Assembly: GCA_004558105.1 (NCBI GenBank)
Contig: SFEB01000004.1
Span: 5,120-69,119, forward strand
Length of the DNA: 64,000 nucleotides
DNA from: Clostridiales bacterium
GTDB taxonomy: Bacteria > Bacillota > Clostridia > Christensenellales > CAG-314
Reading direction: 5' to 3'
In this document: positions 45,011 to 55,000 of the stretch, piece by piece
How the letters are laid out: each line of letters starts with the position of its first letter
Numbering within the stretch: the stretch's first letter is position 1
Translations under genes and position numbers: made by a program
The notes under the pieces: model-generated
Database searches by the model: none
What the model saw: the letters and a program-made list of their open reading frames with translations, nothing else
What the model was told of the DNA's origin: nothing

Positions 45011-45739
45011 ATGGAAAAAATAGTAGTGGGCGGAAAAAATTTGCAAGCCGCTATAGCTAACGGGCTGGAAAAACTTTCGGCGACCAAAGAAGAGGTAGAG
45101 TACGAAGTTTTAACGGCAGGCGGATTGTTCCGTCAATGTAAAATAGAAATATGGAAAAAACAAACGGAAGGAGACGTATACAGGGAGTTTTTGCAGACGA
45201 CTCTGGAAAAAGCGGGCTGGAAAGCGACGGTTGAAAAAACGGAGGACGACGAAACCGTTTTGCTCAACGTAGTGAGCGACGACAGCGGCGACATTATCGG
45301 ACACAGAGGAGACGTACTGGAGAGTCTGAGGTTTTTGACCGCAGTTGCCGCGCGCAACGGAGAGGGAAAGAAACAGGTTATCGTCGACTGCAACGGATAC
45401 CGCGAAAAACGCGCAAAGACGTTGGAAAAATTAGCCAGAAACCTGGAACAAAAGGTAATAAGAACGGGCAGAAAAACCCGCCTCGAACCGATGAATTCTT
45501 ACGAAAGGCGCATCATTCACACCGCTTTAAAAAACAGCGACAAAGTCGAGACGCACAGTGAGGGTACCGAACCCGTCAGATACGTCGTTATCCAAAAAAA
45601 ACAGCGCGAAAAAACTGAGCGTGAAAAGGCAGAGCCAAACGAAAGCGGCGTAAATACGGCGCAAACCGCCGACCGCCCAAAGCGCAAACAACTCACTTTC
45701 GTCTATCGAACCAAACCGAAAAAAACATTTATGAAGTAG
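45011..45739 (+). CDS. jag: RNA-binding protein Jag/KhpB (KH and R3H domains)
   Basis: 242 aa. R3H motif region MNSYERRIIHTAL. Position between yidC and mnmE. Confidence 0.85.
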   Translation: MEKIVVGGKNLQAAIANGLEKLSATKEEVEYEVLTAGGLFRQCKIEIWKKQTEGDVYREFLQTTLEKAGWKATVEKTEDDETVLLNVVSDDSGDIIGHRGDVLESLRFLTAVAARNGEGKKQVIVDCNGYREKRAKTLEKLARNLEQKVIRTGRKTRLEPMNSYERRIIHTALKNSDKVETHSEGTEPVRYVVIQKKQREKTEREKAEPNESGVNTAQTADRPKRKQLTFVYRTKPKKTFMK

Positions 45740-45761
45740 GCGGATTTTGCCTACTTTTTTT
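45736..45761 (+). terminator. Rho-independent terminator after jag
   Basis: Stem GTAGGC / GCCTAC with a 7-nt loop, followed by seven T. The jag stop codon lies in the stem. Confidence 0.7.
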
Positions 45762-45795
45762 GTAAACAAAGAGCAAAAAGAATAAAAGGAAAAAC

Positions 45796-47100
45796 ATGCA
45801 AGACAAAATTTTCGCGCTTTCGACCGCCGTCGGCAAGAGTGCCGTTGCGATATTGCGCATGAGCGGAGAAGGAACAAAGGCGGCGTTGAAAGAAATTTTT
45901 CAACCGTTTCCCGACAAACCGAACTATTTAAAATACGGAAATCTGACCATAGACGGCTTGACCGACACGGCAATGCTGGTTTATTTCGACGCGCCTAAAA
46001 GTTATACGGGAGAAGAAATGGCGGAAATTCACCTGCACGGCAGTATGCCACTCGTCAGGCTCGTCAGCGAAAAACTTTTCAGTCTCGGTTTCAGAACGGC
46101 AAATAACGGCGAATTTACCAAACGCGCATACGTGAACGGAAAAACCAATCTTTCCAAAGCAGAAGGGCTTGCAGACCTGGTCAACGCCGAAAGTCTTGCG
46201 GCTTTGCGTGCTGCGGGTATTCTCGCACGCGGCGGACTGGGCGATATTGCCGACGGACTGCAAAACGACCTTACGGATTGTCTTGCGCGACTGGAGGCAG
46301 CGTTGGATTATCCCGAAGAAGACCTCGAAGGCGCGGAAATGCCTCTGGTAGAAGAAATTCTTACGGCGGCGCAGAAAAAAATAGACGGTTTGCTGCGTAC
46401 GGCAAGGCAAGGAAAAACGGCAAAATTCGGCGCACGGGTGGCGATTGTGGGCGACGTAAACGTGGGCAAAAGCAGTTTGTTAAACGCCATTGTCGGTTAC
46501 GACAGAGCAATAGTTTCGTCAGTCAAGGGTACTACGCGCGATACGATAGAAGAAAGCATTGATTTTAAGGGAATAAAATTTACTTTTATAGACACGGCAG
46601 GGCAAAGAGAGACAGAAGACGAAATAGAAATGATAGGAGTACGTCGCGCAAGAGCGGCGATGGAGGATGCGGATATCGTTTTGTTCGTTTCAGACGACGA
46701 TTCTTCCGAGCCGGATTGGATAAAAACGGCACCCGTCCCCACGATTTTTGTCAAGAGCAAGGGAGACAAGAACCCAACGCGACAAAAAGCGGATATAGTC
46801 GTATCGGGCAAAACGGGCGAAAACGTGCAACAACTGCTGGAAAAGATTTTCGACGCGTTAGGCGGACGGCAGGTAATGACGGCGCCCGTGTTACTCACCA
46901 ACCAACGCCATGAGGAATGTCTGACGTCGGCGCAAGAGTGTATAAAGGAAGCGAAAAGTATGATACGGGACGGAATCACCGCCGACCTCATAGCGGCGAC
47001 GATAAGACAGGCGTGGCAATACGTAGGGCAAATCACCGGCAACACGGATATGCAGACGGTAGTGGACGCGATATTTTCCAAATTTTGTTTAGGAAAGTAA
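45796..47100 (+). CDS. mnmE: tRNA modification GTPase MnmE
   Basis: 434 aa. G1 GDVNVGKSSLLNA, G3 DTAG, C-terminal FCLGK. Confidence 0.95.
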   Translation: MQDKIFALSTAVGKSAVAILRMSGEGTKAALKEIFQPFPDKPNYLKYGNLTIDGLTDTAMLVYFDAPKSYTGEEMAEIHLHGSMPLVRLVSEKLFSLGFRTANNGEFTKRAYVNGKTNLSKAEGLADLVNAESLAALRAAGILARGGLGDIADGLQNDLTDCLARLEAALDYPEEDLEGAEMPLVEEILTAAQKKIDGLLRTARQGKTAKFGARVAIVGDVNVGKSSLLNAIVGYDRAIVSSVKGTTRDTIEESIDFKGIKFTFIDTAGQRETEDEIEMIGVRRARAAMEDADIVLFVSDDDSSEPDWIKTAPVPTIFVKSKGDKNPTRQKADIVVSGKTGENVQQLLEKIFDALGGRQVMTAPVLLTNQRHEECLTSAQECIKEAKSMIRDGITADLIAATIRQAWQYVGQITGNTDMQTVVDAIFSKFCLGK

Positions 47101-47163
47101 AAAGATTTTTAGTAAGAACGAACAAACTTTGCAATTTGCAACAGGGACAAAGAGAACAAAAAC

Positions 47164-49044
47164 ATGCAGTCAGATAAAAACGATTTCATTTTCGATATCA
47201 TCGTCATAGGGGCGGGGCACGCAGGATGCGAGGCCGCTCTGGCATGCGCGCGCCTGGGCAAAAAAACGCTGTGTCTGGCAACCAATCTGGACACGGTAGC
47301 TTATCTTGCGTGCAATCCGAGCATCGGAGGCACGGCAAAGGGACAGATTGTCAAAGAAATCGACGCGCTCGGCGGAGAAATGGCGGTCAATACCGACAAA
47401 AGTTTGTTGCAACTGAGAATGTTAAACCGTTCCAAGGGTCCGGCAGTATACAGTCCGCGCGCGCAGGTTGATAAAAACAAATACCACGCGAACATGAAAC
47501 TCACCATCGAGCGCACGCCCAATCTTTTTTTGCGGCAAGGCGAGGCAAAAACCCTCGTAAAGACGGAAGACGGAGGGTACGGGGTGACGATTGCCAACGG
47601 ACAAAATTATTTTGCAAAAGCGGTTGTCGTCGCAACGGGCGTATACCTTAACAGCAGAACGGTTGTCGGCAGTCTCGTACAGGACAGCGGTCCCAACGGT
47701 TTTGCGAACGCGCACGGGCTGACCGACAGTCTGCGTGAGATGGGTTTTAAAATTTTGCGGTTCAAAACGGGCACGCCTGCGCGTGTAAACGCCAGAAGTA
47801 TAGACTTCGACCGACTTGAAAGCCAACAGGGCGAAGAAAGCATGCCGCCTTTCAGTTATCTTAACGATTATAAAAATACGAAACAATTTCCGTGCTACCT
47901 CACGTGGACGACGGCGGAAACGAAAAAGGTCATTTTAGACAACAAGCATCTTGCGCCGATATTCAGCGGCACGGTAAAAGGAGTGGGGCCGAGATATTGT
48001 CCGTCGATAGAAGACAAGGTCGTACGCTTTTCCGACAAGGAGCGTCACCAGATTTTTCTTGAACCGGAAGGAGCGGACACCGACGAGTATTACGTTCAGG
48101 GCGTGTCAAGCAGTATGCCTGCAGACGTACAATACGAGATTTATCATACCATAGAGGGTTTGGAAAGGGTGGAAATAATGCGCGACGCCTACGCCATCGA
48201 GTACGACTGTATAGACGCTACGGCGCTTTATCCGTCGCTTATGAGTAAAAATCACGACGGTTTGTTTTTTGCCGGGCAGATAAACGGTACCAGCGGATAC
48301 GAAGAAGCGGCGGGGCAGGGTCTCGTCGCAGGCATCAACGCAGTCAGGTATCTTGACAACTTAAAACCGCTTATTCTTCGTCGCGACCAGGCGTATATCG
48401 GCGTTCTTATCGACGACCTTACCACCAAAGGTACTAACGAACCGTATCGCATGATGACGGGCAGGGCGGAACACAGGCTGGTTTTACGACAAGACAACGC
48501 CGACCTTCGTCTGACGGAAATCGGTCGTGAGATAGGGTTGGTGGACGACGCCCGTTACGCTTTGTTTAAAGAAAAGCTTTCGCAACTCGAAAAAGCAAAG
48601 GAACAACTTAACCGCGTTTTAAAACCGACGGAAATCAACGGATTTTTAGCGGAAAAAGGAGAGCCGCAAACGGTAACGGGTATACCCGTGCGTACGCTTT
48701 TAAAGCGTTCGTCCGTTCGCATCTCTGATCTTGTCGAAAACGGACTATTCGACGAATTTTCGCCGCAGGTATTGGAACAAATAGAGATAGAGGCAAAGTA
48801 CGAGGGGTATATTTCTAAGGAAGAAACAGCCATTCAGACGGCGGCAAAAACGGAAAACAAACCGTTACCGACCGACGTGGATTACAATGCGATAGAGGGA
48901 TTGAGATTGGAGGCGCGACAGAAGCTCAACGCGATAAAACCGTTGACTCTCGGACAAGCCGCCCGAATCAGCGGCGTCAGTCCTGCCGACGTTACCGTTC
49001 TGGCAATATATCTGAGCGGGAGGAAAAAAGACGAAAATGAATGA
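47164..49044 (+). CDS. mnmG: tRNA uridine 5-carboxymethylaminomethyl modification enzyme MnmG
   Basis: 626 aa. FAD motif VIGAGHAGCEAA, plus GPRYCPSIEDK. Confidence 0.95.
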   Translation: MQSDKNDFIFDIIVIGAGHAGCEAALACARLGKKTLCLATNLDTVAYLACNPSIGGTAKGQIVKEIDALGGEMAVNTDKSLLQLRMLNRSKGPAVYSPRAQVDKNKYHANMKLTIERTPNLFLRQGEAKTLVKTEDGGYGVTIANGQNYFAKAVVVATGVYLNSRTVVGSLVQDSGPNGFANAHGLTDSLREMGFKILRFKTGTPARVNARSIDFDRLESQQGEESMPPFSYLNDYKNTKQFPCYLTWTTAETKKVILDNKHLAPIFSGTVKGVGPRYCPSIEDKVVRFSDKERHQIFLEPEGADTDEYYVQGVSSSMPADVQYEIYHTIEGLERVEIMRDAYAIEYDCIDATALYPSLMSKNHDGLFFAGQINGTSGYEEAAGQGLVAGINAVRYLDNLKPLILRRDQAYIGVLIDDLTTKGTNEPYRMMTGRAEHRLVLRQDNADLRLTEIGREIGLVDDARYALFKEKLSQLEKAKEQLNRVLKPTEINGFLAEKGEPQTVTGIPVRTLLKRSSVRISDLVENGLFDEFSPQVLEQIEIEAKYEGYISKEETAIQTAAKTENKPLPTDVDYNAIEGLRLEARQKLNAIKPLTLGQAARISGVSPADVTVLAIYLSGRKKDENE

Positions 49045-49801
49045 TACCCTCACCCCGTGCGCCGATTTAACCGCCCGTTCGGCAGAAAAAGCGGAATGGA
49101 ACGAACGGGAAATAATAACGGCGTTTACCGAACGACAAATACCGTTGACAGAAGAAAAAGCCAAAAAACTTTGTGTTTTCGGCTCTTTTTTGCAGGAAAA
49201 GAACGCTGAGTTCAACCTTACCGCCATTACCGAAAAAAACGAAATAATCGTCAAGCATTTTATCGACAGCGCGTTGACGGCAAAATTTATACCGCTCTGC
49301 AGCAGGGTGTGCGACGTGGGGTGCGGCGCAGGTTTTCCGTCGGTGGTGTTAAAGATTTTACGTGAGGATTTAAAGGTGACGTGCGTAGATTCGGTGGGCA
49401 AAAAGGTCAATTTTGTGCGGGAACTGACGGAGAAAATCGGAGCGGAGTGCCGTACGTTGCATATAAGAGCGGAAGAACTTGCCGAGAAAGAACGCGAGAG
49501 TTTCGACGCGGTATGCGCCAGAGCGGTAGCGGCTTTGCCTACCCTTCTGGAGTATCTTGCGCCGCTGGTCAGGGTCGGAGGTAAGATAATCGCGCTGAAA
49601 GGAAAGGACGGAGAACAAGAAAAAGCCGATGCGGAATATGCGAGCGACGTTCTGGGACTTTGCGTCGCCGAAACGGCAAGTTTTTCGTTGGACGGAGACA
49701 GAAGAACGATAATCGTTTACGACAAAGTTTCGCCCACGCCGTTAAAGTACCCCAGAGGTCAGAACGCGCCGAGAAAGAATCCGATTGTTAAAAAAAAGTA
49801 A
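49037..49801 (+). CDS. rsmG: 16S rRNA (guanine527-N7)-methyltransferase RsmG
   Basis: 254 aa. SAM motif DVGCGAGFP. Position after mnmG. Confidence 0.9.
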   Translation: MNDTLTPCADLTARSAEKAEWNEREIITAFTERQIPLTEEKAKKLCVFGSFLQEKNAEFNLTAITEKNEIIVKHFIDSALTAKFIPLCSRVCDVGCGAGFPSVVLKILREDLKVTCVDSVGKKVNFVRELTEKIGAECRTLHIRAEELAEKERESFDAVCARAVAALPTLLEYLAPLVRVGGKIIALKGKDGEQEKADAEYASDVLGLCVAETASFSLDGDRRTIIVYDKVSPTPLKYPRGQNAPRKNPIVKKK

Positions 49802-49827
49802 AACCGTTGATTTTTTTTCGATAAAGG

Positions 49828-49856
49828 TTGCTTGTATCGTAAAATTGTGGTACAAT
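49828..49856 (+). promoter_or_regulatory. Promoter of parA-parB
   Basis: TTGCTT, a 17-nt spacer ending in TGG, then TACAAT (extended -10). Confidence 0.55.
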
Positions 49857-49942
49857 TGCCTCGTATAGGTAAAAAAGGCAATTTTTGTCGAAGAAAAGAA
49901 AAAAGAGTCTGAGGAATATCCTAAAGAGAAAAGGTAAAGATT

Positions 49943-50713
49943 ATGTCAAAGATTATTGCCATCAGCAACCAGAAAGGCGGAGTAGGCAAAACCACAACCG
50001 CCATCAATATGTCGGCTTGTATTGCCGCAACGGGGAGAAAGGTTCTGCTTGTAGACCTCGATCCGCAAGGTAACGCCACCACGGGTATCGGCATTGACAA
50101 GAGTAAGTTGGAAAAAAACATTTACGACGTTTTGCTATTGAACGAACCCGTTGCAAACGTCGTTTTGCCCACGCAGGTAGAAAATCTCGACGTTCTTCCC
50201 TGTAACAAAGATCTCGTCGGAGCGGAAATTCCGATGAGCGGCTTTGCAAAGAGAGAATTCGTGTTGAAAACGGCGCTCGAAAGCGTAGCAGACAGGTACG
50301 ATTACGTCTTTATCGACTGTCCGCCGTCTCTGGGTTTGCTGACGCTCAACGCATTGACGGCATGCGACGGGGTTATTATTCCCATTCAAAGCGAATTTTT
50401 CGCATTGGAAGGTCTCAGCCAGCTTATTTACACGATTCGCCTGGTTACCAAGCACACCAACCCCGACCTGAAGGTCAAGGGGGTAGTGATGACTATGTAC
50501 GACAGCCGCAGCATTTTAACGAGACAGGTTACGGCGGAAATTCAGAAGTATTTCGGTACGGCAGTATACAGCGTACCCGTCCCCCGCAACATCAAGGTGA
50601 CGGAAGCGCCAAGTTTCGGCGTGCCGGTATCGGTCCATGCGCCTCGCAGCAGCGGCGCCGTAGCGTATCAGAGAATAACGAAACAGTTTTTAGCAAGAGA
50701 GGAGGGTAATTAA
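49943..50713 (+). CDS. parA: Chromosome partitioning ATPase ParA (Soj)
   Basis: 256 aa. Deviant Walker A KGGVGKTTT, followed by DLDPQGN. Confidence 0.95.
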   Translation: MSKIIAISNQKGGVGKTTTAINMSACIAATGRKVLLVDLDPQGNATTGIGIDKSKLEKNIYDVLLLNEPVANVVLPTQVENLDVLPCNKDLVGAEIPMSGFAKREFVLKTALESVADRYDYVFIDCPPSLGLLTLNALTACDGVIIPIQSEFFALEGLSQLIYTIRLVTKHTNPDLKVKGVVMTMYDSRSILTRQVTAEIQKYFGTAVYSVPVPRNIKVTEAPSFGVPVSVHAPRSSGAVAYQRITKQFLAREEGN

Positions 50714-51756
50714 TGGCAGCGCAAAGAAAAGGTCTTGGCAGAGGTTTGTCTGCTTTACTGGGTATGAACGACATGGGCGACGACGTTTTGTCCACACCCG
50801 TAGCCCCCGGTTTGAATACGGAACCGCAACAGGAACAACCGCGTGAAGAATTTGTCGATGTCGGCTTGACGACGGAAGACGTTACGGGCGTTGCGGATAT
50901 GGATTTTGCCCCGGCGGAACCGACGGAAGAGGAACAACCGCAGGAAAAAATAGTGGCGGTCAATATTGCCGTTTCGGATATCGACCCCAACTACGAGCAA
51001 CCGCGTAAAAACTTTGACGAAGCCGCTCTCAACGAGTTGGCGGAAAGCATTCGTCAGCACGGAGTTATCCAACCCATCGTAGTAGTGCGCATGGGTATGC
51101 GCTTTATGATTATTTCGGGCGAAAGACGTTGGCGCGCAAGCAAACTTGCCAACAAGACGACCATCCCCGCAATAATCAAAGACTATACTCCGCAACAAAT
51201 CAAAGAAATCGCCATCATCGAAAACTTGCAGAGAGAAGACCTCAACCCCGTGGAAGCGGCGCGAGCAATCAAGCAGTTGATGGAAGAATTCAATATGACG
51301 CAGGAAATGGCGGCAGATCGTATCGGCAAGAGCCGCAGCGCAATCGCCAATACACTCCGTTTGCTGACCTTGGACGAAAAGGTGCTGGATCTTATCGCCA
51401 AAGGCGAACTGTCTGCGGGACACGGCAGGGCTCTGGTTGTGATAGAAAACAAAAACGATCAGGTTGCCATCGCCCAAAAAGCTCGCGACAGCCAGATGAG
51501 CGTAAGAGAACTTGAAAAGAAGGTCAAGGATTATCTCAACCCCAAAAATGACGAGAAAGAACTCGCCCGCAAGAAGGAGGTTTGTCTCGAACTTAAAGAC
51601 CTCGTAGTAAACATGCAAAGAGCGTTTGCCACCAAAGTCACGGCGGTCGGCAATAATAAAAAAGGTCGTATCTGTATAGATTATTTTTCCAGCGACGACC
51701 TCGACCGCATCTGTACTATGATAAGAGACTGGCAAGACAATCTGCCCACGGCGTAA
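50713..51756 (+). CDS. parB: Chromosome partitioning protein ParB (Spo0J) with extended acidic linker
   Basis: 347 aa. N-terminal KGLGRGLSALL peptide, ParB/Srx CTPase box GERRWRA, HTH region (QEMAADRIGKSRSAIANTLRLL), and the ENLQREDL motif. Confidence 0.95.
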   Translation: MAAQRKGLGRGLSALLGMNDMGDDVLSTPVAPGLNTEPQQEQPREEFVDVGLTTEDVTGVADMDFAPAEPTEEEQPQEKIVAVNIAVSDIDPNYEQPRKNFDEAALNELAESIRQHGVIQPIVVVRMGMRFMIISGERRWRASKLANKTTIPAIIKDYTPQQIKEIAIIENLQREDLNPVEAARAIKQLMEEFNMTQEMAADRIGKSRSAIANTLRLLTLDEKVLDLIAKGELSAGHGRALVVIENKNDQVAIAQKARDSQMSVRELEKKVKDYLNPKNDEKELARKKEVCLELKDLVVNMQRAFATKVTAVGNNKKGRICIDYFSSDDLDRICTMIRDWQDNLPTA

Positions 51757-51813
51757 ACGGCAATTGGTCGAAAAAAGAAAATAATAAAAATAAAACGATA
51801 AAAAGGCAAAAAA

Positions 51814-53388
51814 ATGAAAAAACAGGATAAAAAATTTTATATCACCACGCCGCTATATTACAGTAGCGGCAAACTTCATTTAGGACACTGTTATACCACC
51901 GTGGTGTGCGACAGTCTGGCGCGCTTTAAGCGCAAAGACGGATACGACGTATTTTTCCTGACGGGTACGGACGAACATGGTCAGAACATTGCCAAACGCG
52001 CGGAAGAAAAGGGTATTACGCCTAAAGAATTCGTAGACAATCTCTATCGCGACATTACCGATTTGTGGTCGTTGATGAAAATAACTTACGACAAGTTTAT
52101 CCGCACTACCGACGAATATCACGAAGAAACGGTTAAAAAAATATTTACCAAGCTTTACGAGCAAGGCGATATTTACAAAGCCGAGTACGAAGGTTGGTAC
52201 TGTTCGCCGTGCGAGTCCTTCTGGGCGGAGAGCCAGTTGGAAGACGGCAAATGTCCCGACTGTCACAGAGAAGTATCGCGCGCGAAAGAAGAGAGTTATT
52301 TTTTCCGTCTTTCCAAGTATGGCGACAAGTTATTGAAACTTTACGAAAAAAATCCGGAATTTCTGCAACCCAAATCTCGCGTCAACGAGATGGTCAACAA
52401 CTTTATCAAACCCGGTTTGCAGGATCTGGCGGTCAGCCGCACCAGCGTAAGTTGGGGCGTACCCGTGCCCTTCGATAACAAGCACAGCATCTACGTATGG
52501 ATAGACGCGCTTGCCAATTATCTGACTGCGCTCGGGTACATGAGCGACGACGAAGAGTTGTTTAAAAAGTACTGGCCTGCTGACGTCCACATGATGGCGA
52601 AAGAAATCGTCCGCTTCCACAGCATTATCTGGCCGAGCCTGCTGATGGCGTTGGATTTACCGTTGCCCAAGCACGTTTACGGTCACGGTTGGTTGTTGTT
52701 CGGCGGAGACAAGATGAGTAAAAGCAAGGGTAACGTGGTTGACCCGTATTTCCTTGTCGGCAGATACGGACTCGACGCAATACGGTATTACCTGCTCAGA
52801 GAAGTTCCGTTCGGCAACGACGGCGTTTTCTCGATAAAATCTCTTCTCGGTCGCTACAACGACGACCTTTGCAACAGTCTCGGCAATCTCGTCAGTCGTA
52901 CCATTGCGATGATAGAAAAGAATTTCGACGGAAAAGTCCCCGCGAAGGGAAACTTTAAAGACAGCCTTGACAAAGAACTCAAAGACATGTCCGAATGCCT
53001 TATCGGTAAGGTCCGCGAGGCGGTGGACGGGTTTAACGTACCGCAAGCCCTGACGGAAATTATGGCGTTGGTGTACCGCGCCAACAAGTACATTGACGAA
53101 ACCACGCCCTGGACGCTCGCAAAGGATCTCGAACAAAAAGGGAGACTGGGTGAAGTTTTGTACAACCTGGCGGAAGTTCTGCGTTTCGTCGCGGTTGCGC
53201 TTTCTCCCTTCCTGCCCGATACGGCGCAAAGCATTTTCGATAAACTCGGTTTGGGAAAAGTGCCCGACGACTTTGACAGCCTCGCGCGTTTCGGCGGACT
53301 GGAAGAAGGTACGCCCGTCACCAAGGGTAAAAACCTCTTCGACCGTATCAATATCGACGAAGAACTGAAAAAACTTGAAGAAGAGTAA
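51814..53388 (+). CDS. metG: Methionine--tRNA ligase (short form)
   Basis: 524 aa. Class I motifs HLGH and KMSKS, plus a zinc knuckle (CSPCE...CPDC). Confidence 0.95.
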   Translation: MKKQDKKFYITTPLYYSSGKLHLGHCYTTVVCDSLARFKRKDGYDVFFLTGTDEHGQNIAKRAEEKGITPKEFVDNLYRDITDLWSLMKITYDKFIRTTDEYHEETVKKIFTKLYEQGDIYKAEYEGWYCSPCESFWAESQLEDGKCPDCHREVSRAKEESYFFRLSKYGDKLLKLYEKNPEFLQPKSRVNEMVNNFIKPGLQDLAVSRTSVSWGVPVPFDNKHSIYVWIDALANYLTALGYMSDDEELFKKYWPADVHMMAKEIVRFHSIIWPSLLMALDLPLPKHVYGHGWLLFGGDKMSKSKGNVVDPYFLVGRYGLDAIRYYLLREVPFGNDGVFSIKSLLGRYNDDLCNSLGNLVSRTIAMIEKNFDGKVPAKGNFKDSLDKELKDMSECLIGKVREAVDGFNVPQALTEIMALVYRANKYIDETTPWTLAKDLEQKGRLGEVLYNLAEVLRFVAVALSPFLPDTAQSIFDKLGLGKVPDDFDSLARFGGLEEGTPVTKGKNLFDRINIDEELKKLEEE

Positions 53389-53439
53389 AACACGGTAAAG
53401 AAAACCGATAAAAAACAAAAAAACAAACACGGAAACGAT

Positions 53440-54885
53440 ATGGAAAAAGAAAACAAACAAATCCGCACGAGATTCGCGCCGAGTCCCACGGGATACCTTC
53501 ACATCGGCGGATTGAGAACGGCGCTTTACAGTTATCTATACGCCAAAAAAACGGGCGGCAAGTTTATTCTCAGGATAGAAGACACGGACAGGGAACGGTT
53601 GGTTGAAGACAGCGTCCAAAAGATTATGGACACGCTCAAAGACGCCGGGCTCACGTACGACGAAGGTCCGGACGTCGGAGGCGACTACGGTCCGTATATT
53701 CAAAGCGAGAGAAAGAACGAATACCTCAAATACGCCCGTATACTTGTAGAAAAAGGCGCGGCGTATTATTGCTTTTGTTCCAAGGAGAGGCTGGACAGTC
53801 TTCCCGACGTCAACGGCGCGCGTCATTACGACAAACATTGCCTGCATTTATCCAAAGAAGAGGTTGAAAGACGCATAGCCGACGGCGAACCGTGGGTTAT
53901 CAGACAGAATATGCCGACCGAAGGCGTTTCGTCCTACACGGACGCCGTTTACGGTGAGATTGCCGTCAAAAACGAAGAACTGGAAGATAATATTCTCATC
54001 AAATCGGACGGCATGCCGACCTACAACTTTGCCAACGTCATCGACGACCACCTGATGGGTATCAACTGCGTTATGCGCGGCACGGAGTATCTGACCAGCA
54101 CGCCCAAGTACAATCTTTTGTACGACGCGTTCGGGTGGGAACGTCCCATGTACGTTCACATGCCTCCCATCATGCGAGACGCTCAACACAAACTCAGCAA
54201 GCGCGACGGAGCGGCGAGTTACGAAGACCTTATAGAAAAGGGTTATCTTAAAGAAGCGATTATCAACTACATCGCTTTGCTGGGCTGGTCTCCCAAAAAC
54301 AATATGGAAAAAATGACCTTCGAGCAACTTCAGGAGTTGTTCAGTCTGGAGGGAATAAACAAATCCCCCGCTATTTTCGACGAGACGAAATTAAAATGGC
54401 TTAACGGTTTGTATATAAAGGAACTGCCGTTTGAAAAGTTCGTTGAAATGGCGACGCCGTATTTTGAAAAGAGCAAGGCGGCGGGTAAGTACGACTACGC
54501 AAAACTTGCAAAACTTTTGCAGGGCAGAGTAGAGGCGTTGACCGAAATTCCGGAAAAAATAAACTTTCTGGAAGAATTCGGCGCATTTGACCGGAATCTT
54601 TACGTCAATCAAAAGCAAAAGAGCGATATCGCGTCGGCGCAGGAAGTTCTGCCCAAGGTCAGAGAAACGTTGGCAGGCGTAGAGAATTGGGAAAACTCGG
54701 TGCTGTATCAGACGCTGGTAGAACTGGCAGGCAAGCTCGGCAAGAAGAACGCGACGGTGCTTTGGCCCACCCGTGTGGCGATAAGCGGCAAGGAAAGCAC
54801 TCCCGGCGGCGCGACGGAATTGGCGGAATTGCTCGGCAAGGAAGAGACTTTACGTCGTCTGGATTTTTCCATTAAACTTTTTTAG
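53440..54885 (+). CDS. gltX: Glutamate--tRNA ligase
   Basis: 481 aa. HIGG motif (PTGYLHIGGLRTAL) and KLSKR. Confidence 0.95.
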   Translation: MEKENKQIRTRFAPSPTGYLHIGGLRTALYSYLYAKKTGGKFILRIEDTDRERLVEDSVQKIMDTLKDAGLTYDEGPDVGGDYGPYIQSERKNEYLKYARILVEKGAAYYCFCSKERLDSLPDVNGARHYDKHCLHLSKEEVERRIADGEPWVIRQNMPTEGVSSYTDAVYGEIAVKNEELEDNILIKSDGMPTYNFANVIDDHLMGINCVMRGTEYLTSTPKYNLLYDAFGWERPMYVHMPPIMRDAQHKLSKRDGAASYEDLIEKGYLKEAIINYIALLGWSPKNNMEKMTFEQLQELFSLEGINKSPAIFDETKLKWLNGLYIKELPFEKFVEMATPYFEKSKAAGKYDYAKLAKLLQGRVEALTEIPEKINFLEEFGAFDRNLYVNQKQKSDIASAQEVLPKVRETLAGVENWENSVLYQTLVELAGKLGKKNATVLWPTRVAISGKESTPGGATELAELLGKEETLRRLDFSIKLF

Positions 54886-54894
54886 GTAAAAAAT

Positions 54895-54939
54895 AACGCT
54901 GTTTTTCAGTAAAAAATCGCTGAAAAACGGCGTTTTTTA
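54895..54939 (+). terminator. Rho-independent terminator after gltX
   Basis: About 15-bp stem AACGCTGTTTTTCAG / CTGAAAAACGGCGTT followed by a T-run. Confidence 0.8.
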
Positions 54940-54965
54940 TATACTTTTTCCGATAATAAAAAAAG

Positions 54966-54994
54966 TTGCCAAAAAGAGACAAAAGGGGTATAAT
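54966..54994 (+). promoter_or_regulatory. Promoter of trkH, predicts a leaderless mRNA
   Basis: TTGCCA, a 17-nt spacer, then TATAAT. The -10 ends 6 nt before the trkH ATG (55001) and there is no SD in between. Confidence 0.55.
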
Positions 54995-55000
54995 ATACCT

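Noticed and set aside
50755-51735. 326-aa minus-strand ORF covering almost all of parB
   Set aside because: It is antisense to a clearly conserved ParB gene. Its sequence is low-complexity and has no motifs or RBS. It is a typical shadow ORF produced by the codon periodicity of the real gene.
51757-53439. Expected T-box leaders upstream of metG and gltX
   Set aside because: The upstream intergenic gaps are only about 50-57 nt, far too short for a T-box. No specifier or T-box motif is visible.
52657-53502. 281-aa and 211-aa minus-strand ORFs across the metG/gltX junction
   Set aside because: They are antisense to two aminoacyl-tRNA synthetase genes that carry HIGH/KMSKS motifs. They span an intergenic gap and have no recognisable domain.
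54886-55000. Expected c-di-AMP (ydaO-type) riboswitch upstream of trkH
   Set aside because: The terminator and a promoter abutting the ATG fully occupy the interval, and no conserved riboswitch motifs are seen.
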